Source of the DNA: Squalus acanthias
Taxonomy: Eukaryota
Reading direction: 5' to 3'
DNA length: 64,000 nucleotides
Assembly (NCBI GenBank): GCA_030390025.1
Contig: CM059432.1
Coordinates: 76,758,001 to 76,822,000, forward strand
Below are positions 12,839 to 25,447 of this stretch, in pieces (position 1 is the first letter of the stretch; each line of letters starts with the position of its first letter). A program made the translations under genes and the position numbers. The notes below the pieces were generated by a model. It saw only the letters and a list, made by a program, of their open reading frames with translations, was not told the origin of the DNA and made no database searches.

Positions 12839-14151
12839 AATAGCACTTTAACTGCCTCTGGGACTTATTATGCAAAACTGCAGTACTTGGGCAGCATATC
12901 AAGCTACATGCAATAAGTACAAAAATCCATGGAACTTGTCATTGGATGTGGTGCCATTTGCTATACCGATGATCTGGCAAAATTGGTAAACACACTATAT
13001 TATCAATATGTTTTCCTCATATGGAGATTGGAGGAATTATTCCTAGAACAATGTGCAATTGATAAAAAAGGCACCCTTCTTTATAAATAACATTTTGACA
13101 ATGAATCAGTCGAATGGTAACATTTCTACTGGTAGTGCTGCTGAGATATTACATGCTAACTGCCAAAAACTATAATAGTTAACACTGACTGGCTTTAAAA
13201 TCTGTAATGTTTCACTGTTATTTAATCGCACATGTATTGGGATGGTTATGGGTGCAGTTATACTGCCAGTCTTGTGCAAAAAGGATGTATAAAGGTTTTA
13301 GGTGCATATTGGCTCAAAATGTGTACCTCTGATGCTAGGTCCCAATTTGACACCAGAGAGCACCAAAGCCAACCAGTGTGAGATTCCCCTCACCCAAGGA
13401 GACAATCTCATACCAGTCTGAGTTTGCATCTGCAGTAACTCCAACCGCATGCCAAACAGCATTTTAAGAGTGCCCAGCTGGTTCATAAACTTATTTTTTC
13501 ATGTTAGGAAAAAGCAGACACTTCTTCCCCATGCCCCTAACATTAAAATTTGTACATGGATCCAGGATCCAAGCAGCCATACCCAGTGTCGCTTTATTAC
13601 TGACCTCAGTGCGATTGGTAGCAATCCATAGTCAGTAGGCTAAGTCATGTTCATAAGAACTGAGATCTGTATCTGCAGTATAACTAAAGCCTTGTAAACT
13701 ACTGTAACAAAAAAGTACGAAAATGCAGGTGGGGCAAAAATACTTTATTTGTGAAGGGCCAAATTTGATCTCGAACTGCTATGTAGATCTATCATTTTTT
13801 TTAAACATGTTTGTTAAACGATATTATTTAGCAGGTTAATTTTCGTAGAATGTAACTAACGAGTTCTTAAAGATCAAAGTTGCCCAAAGAACGCGCCAAT
13901 GTCACAATAAGTAGAAAGTCATTATATGGAAGCCAGAAACTACATTCCTATTAATGTTTTGTTCCTCTATGCAATCCTTTGTCAGTAGCATATTACTATC
14001 AAATGGTGCTAAAATCTAAATAAGACTGATTGCGTAATATATTCTGCAGTACAAATGATCGAGAAACTGGGACATCAGCCTAATTAGAATAGCGCAGCGA
14101 TTTCATACACTTTTAATACCTTTTTTGTTTGTTTGCTCCTGATGAGATTTT

Positions 14152-14232
14152 GAATATATATATAGATAGATAATAGATAGGTAGATAGAGGGATGGATGG
14201 ATAGATGTGTGGGTGCGTGGGTGGGTGGATAT
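14152..14232. repeat. Compound (TA)n/(GATA)n/(GGAT)n/(GGGT)n microsatellite
   Basis: Visible directly in the sequence. Confidence 0.8.
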
Positions 14233-17200
14233 GTAACATGAAACATCACCTGAATTTTACTAAAACAAAGGAGGGATTGGGTATTACACCCTAGTGGATC
14301 AGAGCAATGTGGTAAACCATTTCTCCTGGGATACAATACAATGCATTCGGGAACACACATTGAATGGACAAATTGATGAAGTATAAACCGAACTCTTATG
14401 TTAAACTTTCCAGAACTATACTAAATGTTCTTTGCACTTCGAGTAAATTAGGCTAAAATCCAGCTATAAACTTCAAAGGATTAAAATGTCTGTCTTGAAC
14501 ACAATGTGGGATACTGGCAAAAAATTAATAAACCTTTTGTCCTACATACTGTTTAACATATTTCAGTTTTGCATTTTTTTAAGTATATTTCAAAATAATC
14601 TTATTTTATTTTGTGATGGGCGTCGGTGTTTAGTCAGCATTATGTTTCAAACGTAAAGAAAAACGGTTTGAAAGGCAGTTATATTTAAAGACAAAATAGT
14701 TGTTTGGTTGCTGGAAAAGCTCGCTATCTATTTGCCGTTTGTACCTGACCTCTATAAAACCTACTGATCCTCCCATGCCATACTCACATTTCTAGCTGTA
14801 AAGTATGTTCTCAGCAATCTACCTGTCTCAACCTTCCAGTTGATGAAAAAGGATAAGATCCTCGACGACAAATTGAAGTAAAAGCCTGTCCCATATCTAA
14901 ATTATGATTTTTTGTTTTACTCAGATGTTGATCTTTGCATAAAAAACAATATTGATGTCAGGTGTTAGGGAACACACGATTATTGTCATTTTTAGTATTG
15001 ACTTCTCATTGCAACGTTAACTCAATATGCTTATATGATTGTTCATACCGACATTAAGGATCTTCTAGCTACTAACACCAGTAATGTGATTCGTATTTAC
15101 TGCTCCGAACTCGTTGGTTGTTTAGCATACACGACCTTAGATAGTTCAGGAAGTTCTCTCTATTTCACCTGTGTAATCGCTTGAAAATCATTCGACAGCT
15201 CCAAGTCTTCTGGAGAGACCAGTTGCAAATCTGACAGTTTTATAGCAAACTGCATCTTTATGGCACCTTAAAGACCCGCTGACTGTGTTGGAGTATAATT
15301 TGCGTTTTGCTTTAATTAAAATGAACTGTTAAGATAGAAAGTTAGAAAAGTAGAACGTATTAAATTCTGCCATATACTCGCACCGAAATAATCAACCCCA
15401 GCGTCCCTTGCTGTTACATCCACACAGCGATATTTAACATAATACATATTGCTTTTTAGTTTAACGTGTTTTTATCCACAAAATACTAATCAAATTAGGG
15501 TCAATAATGTGCTTTAACAAAGGACAAAAAATATTATTAACCTGGTTAAAACCGGAAAATATGTGAATATGGCTCTTTGATCTTTATACAATTCCTTTTT
15601 AATATCTTATTTCGTGGTTTCCATTTTAAAAAGTATGTTTTAACAATATTACAAAGAAGGACGGATTTTGTGAAATTCATATCTACGCTAGTTTAACTGT
15701 GTTAAGTAGGTGAAACGCATACACAGGAATTAAATCAAGTTCCAATTGACATTTTCTGTCTGTTTTAAGGAATCAGTCCAATTGCTTTGATAGTTAATTC
15801 TATCCATTTTCGGATTCTCTATTTAATAGCTATTTACATAGTGTAGACTAACGTGTTTATTTTATTAAAATTCATACACGAGAGTCGTAGATCGAATATT
15901 TTGCCTTATGGCGCCTCAAGGCTGAATCTTAACCCTTTAGTGGACAATAAGAAAATCATCAAACCTACATATTTCAACAACGCGTCGCCAGATTGAGGAA
16001 AGAAACAAAGAAAATGAGTAGCTTTCGTTATTATTACCGTTTCGTTTTTATTACCGAAAGTTTCCATACAATACCATCAAATAGTAACCACTCCTAGCTT
16101 TATTCTGATCTCTCAAATCATTCCTTAATTTTGACACGTTGGAACCTAACAGCATTCTTCACCTAATCTGCATTATCACTTACATCAAAGTTTGAACCAT
16201 GTTCTATATCAGCAATTGACGAATGACATAAATATACTATATAATGATAGTAAATACGATGCCATTTGAAATAAGTGTGCCGTATATGTTCTTTGAATGT
16301 GAATAAGTGATGCATGCTTCAAATTAATTAATCTTAATGGAAAATTCTTCAGATGTCTTAATCGATTGTAACAGTAACGTGTTAAATGCGAAACTTATAT
16401 AGACTTAGCAGGCATTTTGAAGTGCCACAATGCTGGTGGATTGGTGGTCCAATCAGACATTGCAGTTCTAATTATAAAGAGCGCATCTTCCCATCTGAGG
16501 GGGAAGGGATAAATCAAACGTTGCTTTTGATTTAAGCAAAACCAAGATGAAAACTGAAGCCATTTAGATAAGGTAGCGATTGTTTTTAAGTGACCTGTAC
16601 CACTCCTGATCTACTATAGCCACAGTTATTCAAAGGGCTGGATTAACGATTCAAACTGTATTCCTACAAATTACTACTCTTTCTGTCTTACTCTGTGCTC
16701 TAATGTTACTGAACACATTGACACTAAACTCCAGTAGGAGTTGTGAACTCTAATGAGGATCGGGTTAATAAATAAATCAGTACAACGTGACAGCTCTGAA
16801 GACGGAGCTCTGAGCAGCAAATTTAACAAGCAGCAGCTGCCAGAGAGCAGACACTGACTTTAGTAAGGCAGGCAAATGGGGGGAAAGACTTTTTTAAATC
16901 CTTAAGTAATTACTGTTAAATCATAGACAACATTTATGTTACCCTTCTGCAGTTGCAACCTAAGGTCAAGACGAGACACAATAATTTGCTAGAGTAAAAA
17001 ACAAACCGAAGCATGCCCTTCCCAGCCATCATTTAAGTGTGTTCACAAAATATCACAAGGCATAGTTAGAAAATGTCTTTTGTTAACTTCTTTTCTCCAT
17101 TTTTTATGGTTACTGCTAACAAGTTTAGAAAAGGTAAGCAGCCTATAGGAGAGGAAGGATAACAATTGATTGCAGACATAAAAGATTGACATAAGCTACA

Positions 17201-17751
17201 GCCAAAGTATTGTTTCTCTCAATGCACATTTAGACTGAAACCTAAGGAGTGTTGTCGTGTTCATCGTAAACATGTTTATTAAATCCCAATATGTACTCCT
17301 CCAGTTGTAATGTAAATGAGATCCAAAACAATATGACCCTCTTCACTGGAAATACAAACACTATTCCTAAAGAGGTAATTGTCTCCACACTATGCACATG
17401 TAAAACAAAATTCATGCATTATTTCCCCTTCACAGTGCAGGTGTAAACCCCCAAAACCTTCTTGGTTATATCTAGACTAAACCTCAAATGGCACTTTCCT
17501 GATATTGTTCATGTAGTCTAAACACCAAACACTATTGTACCCACAGCATACATGTAGACAACTCCTCAGGGCACACTTCTCTATATGTATGATAAACCCA
17601 TACAAAACTGGGTTGATTGAACCTTAAGCAGAAATGGCCTAACTGTGCACACATATGCTAAACACTGTGCTTGGAAACTAAGGAGTACTGCCTTCCTTCT
17701 GTCTGTAGACTAAACCCCTACCAATATTGTCCTTGCAGAGTGCATGAACAC

Positions 17752-18020
17752 TACAGTTTCCAATTCTGGTTGGACATATTCCTGGAGGCTTTCTTCACAA
17801 TATCTCTCACTTCCAACCGCCTCACCCAATAAGTCAGACTTCTTCCCATCTCCAGTATTTTTATAATTAATAAATGAAAGTGTTTAAAGAAAATGAAAAA
17901 ATACACACACTTTTTTAATGCCCCTAGGATTTATCTCGTTGGTTGCTTGAAGCAGTGTTCAGGAGATCAATCTTTAATTCCCGGAGGCTCCAGGACAATC
18001 CTGGAGGGTTGACAACCCTA
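17752..18020. mobile_element. hAT-like MITE inserted in the 41-bp array
   Basis: Right TIR GGGTTGACAACCCTA; degenerate left TIR TACAGTTTCCAATTC; 8-bp flanks ATGAACAC (17744-17751) and ATGTAGAC (18021-18028) match at 6/8. Confidence 0.7.
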
Positions 18021-18239
18021 ATGTAGACTACACCTCAAACAGAGTTGTCCTTGAAGTGTGTATTTAGGCTTAACCTCAGCCAGTACTGTCCCAACAACAC
18101 ACATACAGACCTAACCCCAAACACTATTATCCTCCTCACATGGAGCATGTAGACTAAATTTTGAACAGTAATTCCATGACAGTAAACATGCAGAGTACAT
18201 CTCAAACAATACATATAGATTAAATTACAATAATGTACA

Positions 18240-19130
18240 AGACGTCCAAGGAAGTCAGATGATTGATTACCAATCTTCAGATCACCCTCACAGCACACAA
18301 GCTTGAGTCCTCTCAGTGTAGTGGACAAATCATTTCATCTTGATCTCCTCCATGTCCTTTGATGAAACAATTAAAATCTTGTTTCTTTCAATTGATCAAA
18401 GACACACAGTTTATTTCTGTCTTGTGTATGTTTAAACAACAGCTAACACATCTTAACTTTGATACCTCCACCTTTAGTCCTTCTATCAACATTCTTGACT
18501 TCACTATCTTCTCTGACCTTAAATAGAACTAGCATATCTTCTCCATTGCCAAAGCTGTTTTCAAGGATCTCTGTTTCCTCTTTGGTACTTATTTTCCATT
18601 CAATAACTCCTAACACTGTATAAAGGTTAAGTGCATCCAAGACTTGAATACTGCACCCTTGTCTAAGGAAGCTCTTCTAACACTTGACTAGGACTCCTGG
18701 ACATGATACAAAGAAACTTATTGTTTGATAAGCAAGCCTTATTTCACCTTAAGCCTCTAACCACTCTCTTCATTGTAACCTATTCTGCTTCCTCTATGTT
18801 ATCAATATTGTTATGATCGGTGCTCCTCTGGATTTTTCCCTCATTCCTTATAAGTTATAACTATTTCATTCTACACATTATTACTCTTTAATACAGCCTC
18901 ACAATGTTAAAATCAAACTTCATCACTCAGTCTCCTAAACTTACTTATTTTTACCAATACCTCAAAACTATGGAACTCCTTGCTTCCCTCAGTCTTTCCT
19001 TCTGCTTTCAATATTCAGACTTTTCAAACCAAGGCTTGGCATCACCTAATCAGTACTTCTTGAATTACCTCCTCGTTTACTTTTTTCAACCTTGGAAGTA
19101 GCCTGCCTTTCCCTTTCACTTGGGCTTTTC
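18240..19130 (+). mobile_element. Possible very old LINE (L2-like) remnant
   Basis: C/T-rich strand bias like other L2 bodies and it interrupts the 41-bp array; no clear protein motif recovered. Confidence 0.3.
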
Positions 19131-19314
19131 AATTTAAAATAGTAGCATTTATATAGTGTACATGTAGGCTAAACTGTAAACAATAATTTCCTTACAGTGT
19201 GCACCTCAGATACTGCTGTTTTTAGACTAAAATCTATGATTTTCCTTCTCAAATTATCACCTGTAGACTAATCATCTCAGTATTTGTCTCATTCACAATG
19301 TATATGTAAAATAA

Positions 19315-19722
19315 AAGATTTGAATTCATATCACACCTTATCACATATCTAAAACAGGTGTCAAATCACTTTGCATACAATTAATTATTTTGACGTCCAG
19401 TGCCTGTTGTTATGTAAGCAAACACAGCAGCCATTTTGCAAATAGCAGGATCCAGATATTGTTGGTTGATTACTGGAGGAATGTTGGCCAGGACACCAGA
19501 AGAAATTTCTGCTTCTCTTCAAATAATGCTGTTGGATTTTTAATGCACACCGGAACCAGAACCGGAAAATAGGGTCTTAGCTAAACAGCTTATCTGAAGG
19601 ATAGCACCTCCGAAAATGCAGTCCAGTACCCCATCAACAGTACTCAAGTCCTGCAGTGGGATTTTAACCCACAATCTCTAACTCAGAGACAAGAGTGGTA
19701 CTAACTGAGCCAAGTTGACACT
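19315..19722 (-). mobile_element. tRNA-head SINE, DeuSINE/SacSINE1-like, degraded
   Basis: Reverse complement aligns with 41388-41822 (TTGGCTCAGTTAGTACCACTCTTG head, GGAGGTGCTATCCTTCAGAT, CCTGGCCAACATT, CAAAATGGCTGC). Confidence 0.75.
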
Positions 19723-22700
19723 TTAAATACCATAACAGGCTGGCCCCTCTCATGGTACAAATGCAGACTAAAACCCCTAATAATATTATCCTCACATTAC
19801 ACACGTAGACTAAAATCCCAAATAGTACTGCCACCCTCACAGTATTTATGTAGACTAAACCCCAAACAGTAGTGTCACTCTCGTTGTGGACCTATTATGC
19901 AACAAGTTTAATGCAGGCCAATATATCTATTTCCCAATGCCTTATCAGAAGCCTCCGGACCGTTTTACCACGATCAACCTTCGCTTAAACCTAACCCTAT
20001 TAAATTAAAATGCGATATATTCTATTCTACTGCTAGTTTACCAACTCATGTGTTGGATATAGCTGCACTGTTCCCCTGGACTAAATATTGATGTACAAAC
20101 TTTGATGTAGACAGCAAGCAGTATGTTTTACAATCCAGAGTTCAATTTAAAGCAATTAGAATTCCGAACCATGCGTATGCCTTGCAGAATACACCGGGGA
20201 GCGAGATACCTTTTGAAACCAGCTAGAATCCTATGGAATAATGCTATGGTTCCACACAAATACAATGACTGATTCCTAAAGTAATTACTGTGACCTGTTT
20301 AGAATACATTATCCATTATAAAAGAAAGATTTCTGCGTAAACGTGGATTGGGAGATTGGATTTGTTTCCACTTTGATATTCGATTTCAGATTATTTATTG
20401 AAGAACAAAGTCATTTATTCACAATTTCTTTTTGAAGCAACTTAAGTCAGAGTCAGTTTTCAGAATCAACTAAAATTCAATTGCTCCTAATAATAATTGC
20501 AGGAATTTCAGTTAAGAACACTGTTTATTGTAAGTGGGTTTTTGTTCCTGAAAAACGATGGCTGTATTTGATCCAGATCATGAGTCAGCGAAATTTATAC
20601 CGCCTGTCAATCAGGCAGCAGGTCAGGTCCGCTGCAGTAAATTAACGATTTTGTACAAACACACACGAGCGCGCGCGCATTGGGGATTCTCACATTTGAG
20701 GAGTACTTTCGACTTTTCTATCTGTTCATTTATCTCAGACCCTCAAAGACTCAGGTGACACTTGGCCACTGTACTGTTCAGCCATGCATATTTTGTTTCT
20801 CTGATTTTTCAATGGGATATGTACCACTCAATTAAAAAAACCTGCAACCTGCACATAATCCACAACCTTTCACAAATTATTTTCTCTCATTTTTTTTAAA
20901 TTAATACTGTGGAAATGATGGCGACCACACAATGCGAACCTTTCACCTGCAGGGTTTAAACTGTCAGTCGAAATTGAACCCACCAGAGAGATTGATCTGC
21001 ATTTGAGCAATTGTGAAATTCATCAATGAAACAGATACCAAAATAATCTTTGGAAAGCCATTCTAACATCCAAAGCACATATGTACAAGTATTCAATCTA
21101 CAGTTTCACATTTCAAACTTCCCATTCACATTTCGGGCCCGTTTTTTATGCCTCCCTGCTTATCAACAACTTAACCATTCGATCTTTCATTTCATGCTTT
21201 GCTATGTGACCTAGTATCTTCTTACCTGAAATCATTTCCCACATTAACTCCAGTGAGGGGAGAGGGATACTGAGTGCCCACTCCCTCTGTCCAGTGCAGA
21301 AGTTGCAACGTCAAACGAACTTTCGTCAGATAATAGCGCTTGCAGCTGAAGTGCCTATAGAAGTTCTCTCTTTCTTTCCTTTTTCAATGAGGCCTCTGGT
21401 CAGTACTGATTAATAACTTTTTTTTCTCTCTGTTGTGAAGTGCAGGCCCATTGCAGAACAATAGGAATGTCCTGTGACCAAGAAAAGACTCGACCTTGTG
21501 CTATTTCATTGTGTGAAGCTGAGAAAGGTCTTTCGGAGAGAGACCCAAAGCACTGACCCGCACATCTCCCGCAGACACTTCATTCACACAGCTCGACTTG
21601 CAGTCGCCCGAATCTCTATTGTTTCACTACAACAATGTATAGATTTTTGTTATAAAGTAAACCTTACATACCCACAAATGTTGCTTGACTATACTTCACG
21701 ACGTACTTTATATCATATACCTTGCTTTGGTTTCCACTTGCACCTTGCAAATGGGCAGCTGTTTCTTGTACAAGTTTCGCCTGGTTGTTAAAACATTAGT
21801 TCTTTTCCAAATATGTTTTACCTTGGTAAGTTACTACCTTATGGAAGTATCCCTTTAGTTTCTCTGTAGAAGTCGCTTGAAATGTTTCACCGAAACAAGC
21901 AGAAAATATCATTTAAAAGAGCAAGAATTGTTTTTGCAAGTGGTATTTGTTACATTGAGATCTGACCATCGTCTTTACCTGTATTTAAATCTAATTCAAT
22001 ACAGTTAATTGTCAAACGGCGTGGTCCGCTTTATTAAAATCCCATAGCTGTCCCATATTACCCGAGTGAGTTGTAACCAACACGTAGCTGGCCATTTTTA
22101 TTCAATTAGCTGAAGCATTAATGCTTCGATTTTGGATTGCTTGAATTTGCTTTGATATAAACCAGATAGGCCTGTTGTTAAACGAAAACGTGTTACTTTT
22201 GGAACCCATCGCATGCCTTCTATTGTTTTGAGCGTTCAAGGACTGCCAATACTGCTGGTAATGGGGTCCAAGCAGATGAATGTCCCTTAATAGATAAGCC
22301 ATCATATTCACACCTCTGGAATAAGACTGATGAACTCTGCTTTGGCGCCATGTGAATTCATACTACTAAAAGAGAATGAAACGAAACAAGTTACACAAGG
22401 TAATATTACCTTTGTTTGATTATCTTAGATCTCCCAAAAATGCACTTAATGTAAGTTCAAAACATGGCCACTTATTAAATAAAAAGTTTCGAAAAATTAA
22501 CTGTGTTTTGTAAATGTATTGTTGTAGGGTAAGATTTGTTCACATAGGATATAGCAGGAAATGTCATACTCTTTTGTGTTGTGCAAAATGCAATTGTAAC
22601 GTCATTGAACGAAAGTATTGCATTCAAATGCAGTTTCTAGTATTTTCGAAGTACACAGAAATCAACTATTTCTCCTTATGGACGTAAACTGCCATAGGCA

Positions 22701-22724
22701 AATATTCAGATTGCATGCTGTAAA

Positions 22725-22817
22725 CTTCACCTGAGGAAGGAGCAAATCGATAGTTCCGAAAGCTTGTGATTTCAAATAAAACTGTTGGACTATAACCTGG
22801 TGTTGTGCGACCTCTCA
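22725..22817 (+). mobile_element. Penelope-like element 3' (pLTR) fragment with a minimal hammerhead ribozyme motif
   Basis: Homologous to 53959-54046 (AAATAAA.CTGTTGGACTATAACCTGGTGTTGTGCGAC); contains TCAC-CTGAGGA-A-GGAGC-loop-GTTCC-GAAA-GCTT-GTGA at 22727-22769. Confidence 0.85.
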
Positions 22818-25299
22818 GTATTTTAAAACACAGAGGTCTGACCCCTTCTGTACAATTCATTGTATTTATATGCAAATATTCTTAGTGGATCCTTATTGAT
22901 GTCAGAGCAAACATACCGTGCACTTTTCTCACGAAGTAAACGCTAAGAAAAAATAGTGGTTCTGCACAGCAATTTACGTTGGTTACAAGCAACAATATAA
23001 TGCTGGCAACGCCTCAGAGATAATTGAATGGACGTACACTTCCTTGACAGATCTAATAAATTTGTGTATTTTAGAAATCCACGAATATTTGAGATGGCAG
23101 TACTAATTGCTGAGCACGTACGTATCACGTATATATCCTCTGTACATTATACCTCTATACATCCTCGTTATTACTCCATACCCTTACGGACCGCGGGGTT
23201 TTAAGGGCATTTAGGATGAGCTGCCCGAAATAGCAGAAAATGTCAAACGAAAGTCATGCATTGTTAGTGTTAGGTAACTGCCAGGCACCGTACAGTTCAA
23301 AATTCAGTCCATCTTTAAAACATAACTATGCCCTAAAATGGAAAAGGTGCTGTTGCTATGTCATTAGCACTTTCTTAATAAATATTTCAGTTTAGACCAG
23401 ATTGGCCACCTTTATAACCAATGCTGTTGTATTTTATGCGAGGCCACGCTCAACTGTTCCGTACTAGTTCATTTAACGGTTGTTATTTTTGTCCTGGAAA
23501 CCCCTCGAAACACGGGAAACGTGTATTATGTTCATGCAGCTGGCGGCCATGAAAGTACAACACACGGTACAAGCAGCGTTCGGTAGCAGAATACTGATGT
23601 TTAACATAGATGTTCGAATTCATTGTGCAGACTATTTTAAGATAACTGAATGGGCATATTATTATGCAGTTTAAGTAAAGGGAAATTGATTGATGTCAAA
23701 AATGCATCAGCGTTGAAAGCATTGCCAGTGACAAATTGACAGTTTATGAGACTAGAAACAGGGATGCTGTTTGTTACGAGGTTACCGTATGTATGAATAC
23801 AATAATAATGGTACAGTCTATAAAATCTCCGCAGTTAGAGCTAGAGGTCATTTTGTTAAGGACGCCCTTTAAAACCTTCCAGGAGAAAGGCGATGTATGA
23901 CTCTAGAGGTTTATACTGTATTCCGAGACGTTTTCAATGATCTTTAGAGGTAGCGTCATTCAGTCTACGGTAGGCTGCTGAGGCAATGTGAAGCCAGAGA
24001 GAGGCCTTCTCAGCACACAACCAGATAATGATTAGAAAATAGAATGCAGATCTGTATAATCGTTTTAGATTAGAAATCGTTCATTTCCTGTTAATAATCC
24101 GGCACATGGAACTATCAATGGCACGCCGATCTCTTCCAGAATACGGATTAAGAATCGTTTGACCGAACAGAGTTGGATTTGGAAAATGACCAGAGCTGTA
24201 TAGCGAAATTAAAAACGACAAAAAGTTTTATGGAACGGGGTGTTTTCAAAATTGTTGGTGAAAAAAAGGATTTTGATCAAAATTTATCAAGGGCTAAAAG
24301 AACATAAATCACGCGTCATCGTCAGCTCACATTTGATAATAAATATTTGCTGTTTTTAAATCTGACCAATTCGGTGAGGTTTTTACATACACCGAAGCAT
24401 AACAGTTTAACATCTAATAATATTATAATAAACTAGAAACAGAAACAGTGTCATTGATAAAATGGTTAAGGCTCTTGGGACGTTGGGCGTGTTATAGCAT
24501 GGATCTATACTCGGCAGACTAGGTTTATCAAATGTTAATCTTCTAACTCCACAATATACATAAATGGTCATGATTTATCTTTCCAAAACATTACATTGAC
24601 ATGCCTCCTTACGTTTTGTATGTCTATAAATGCCTACTGGGTTACACGTAGGAGCTGTCACATCAGAGCACTTTTTTTTGCTTTTTCGAAACAAATTAAG
24701 TGTTCCGCAATTACACCTTGCAGAAAATATGCAAAAATGTCTTTTTATAGCGATGCATCTGGTTTTAAACGCACAATGCGTGCAGTCAGTACTCCTTTCC
24801 AGAGCCTATTGCAAGCTCCCCACCCATTAAAACTGCGCTGGGCTTTTCGTCAAATCAAAACTACATACTGTCCTTTTACAGCCTTTGTTGCTGCTGTAAA
24901 GTAAATGTGTCGGGCACGATCTTCCAATTATTATGAAACCTCCTTGTGGGCCAGATCCTTAACATTTGCTGAGTGGGCTGGCGAGCTTACACATTTAAAT
25001 GAGTTTGAGGGACTGGGAAATAGGTTTAAAGAAGTGTTCAGAACCAGATGTTCAAACACAAAAGAGGGAGCAGAGGGAATGGGAAAAAAAAGCGAAGTGG
25101 GGAAAAAATCCCTACATTTGGAATTGGGAAATGCACATCGAGTCTGCTGAAGGCGGCAGGAGCCTGGGAGAGAGTGACTGATTTAACTCATTGTGATGCA
25201 TGGTGCGACCTGCCCTCTTTTGAGAAAAAAAAGGCATGCTTTGCTGAGCTGGGAACATCTGACTCAGAATGAGAGAATGCAATGCGCTCATCCCACTAT

Positions 25300-25447
25300 T
25301 TCAACACCTCACCCAGAGTGTGCAGACTGCTGGCAAAAGCCTCCGCCGCCGCAAGCCAACATATTTGTTACCATTGTCCGACTTTATGGATGTGGGACAA
25401 GTACTGAAGGGAAGACGACGGTTTAATCGGAAGGCTTTGACTCATTT
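25300..25447 (+). ncRNA. Candidate first exon of the pri-miR-124 host transcript
   Basis: CpG-rich segment ending at a consensus GTAAGT donor (25448), about 6.1 kb upstream of the hairpin on the same strand; pyrimidine-tract acceptors follow at 25847 and 30153. The start coordinate is a guess. Confidence 0.35.

Larger units (their letters stand above)
17222..19890. repeat. Ancient degenerate tandem array, unit about 41-44 bp with core CATGTAGACTAAACC, interrupted by later insertions
   Basis: Core-like motifs at about 17227, 17271, 17469, 17510, 17551, 17702, 18021, 18061, 18102, 18146, 18187, 19161, 19261, 19760, 19803 and 19847; spacing 41-44 bp within uninterrupted runs. Confidence 0.8.

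Noticed and set aside
17222..19890. CRISPR-like repeat-spacer appearance
   Set aside because: Vertebrate context, no cas genes, degenerate repeats, and linkers related to each other; it is a decayed minisatellite.
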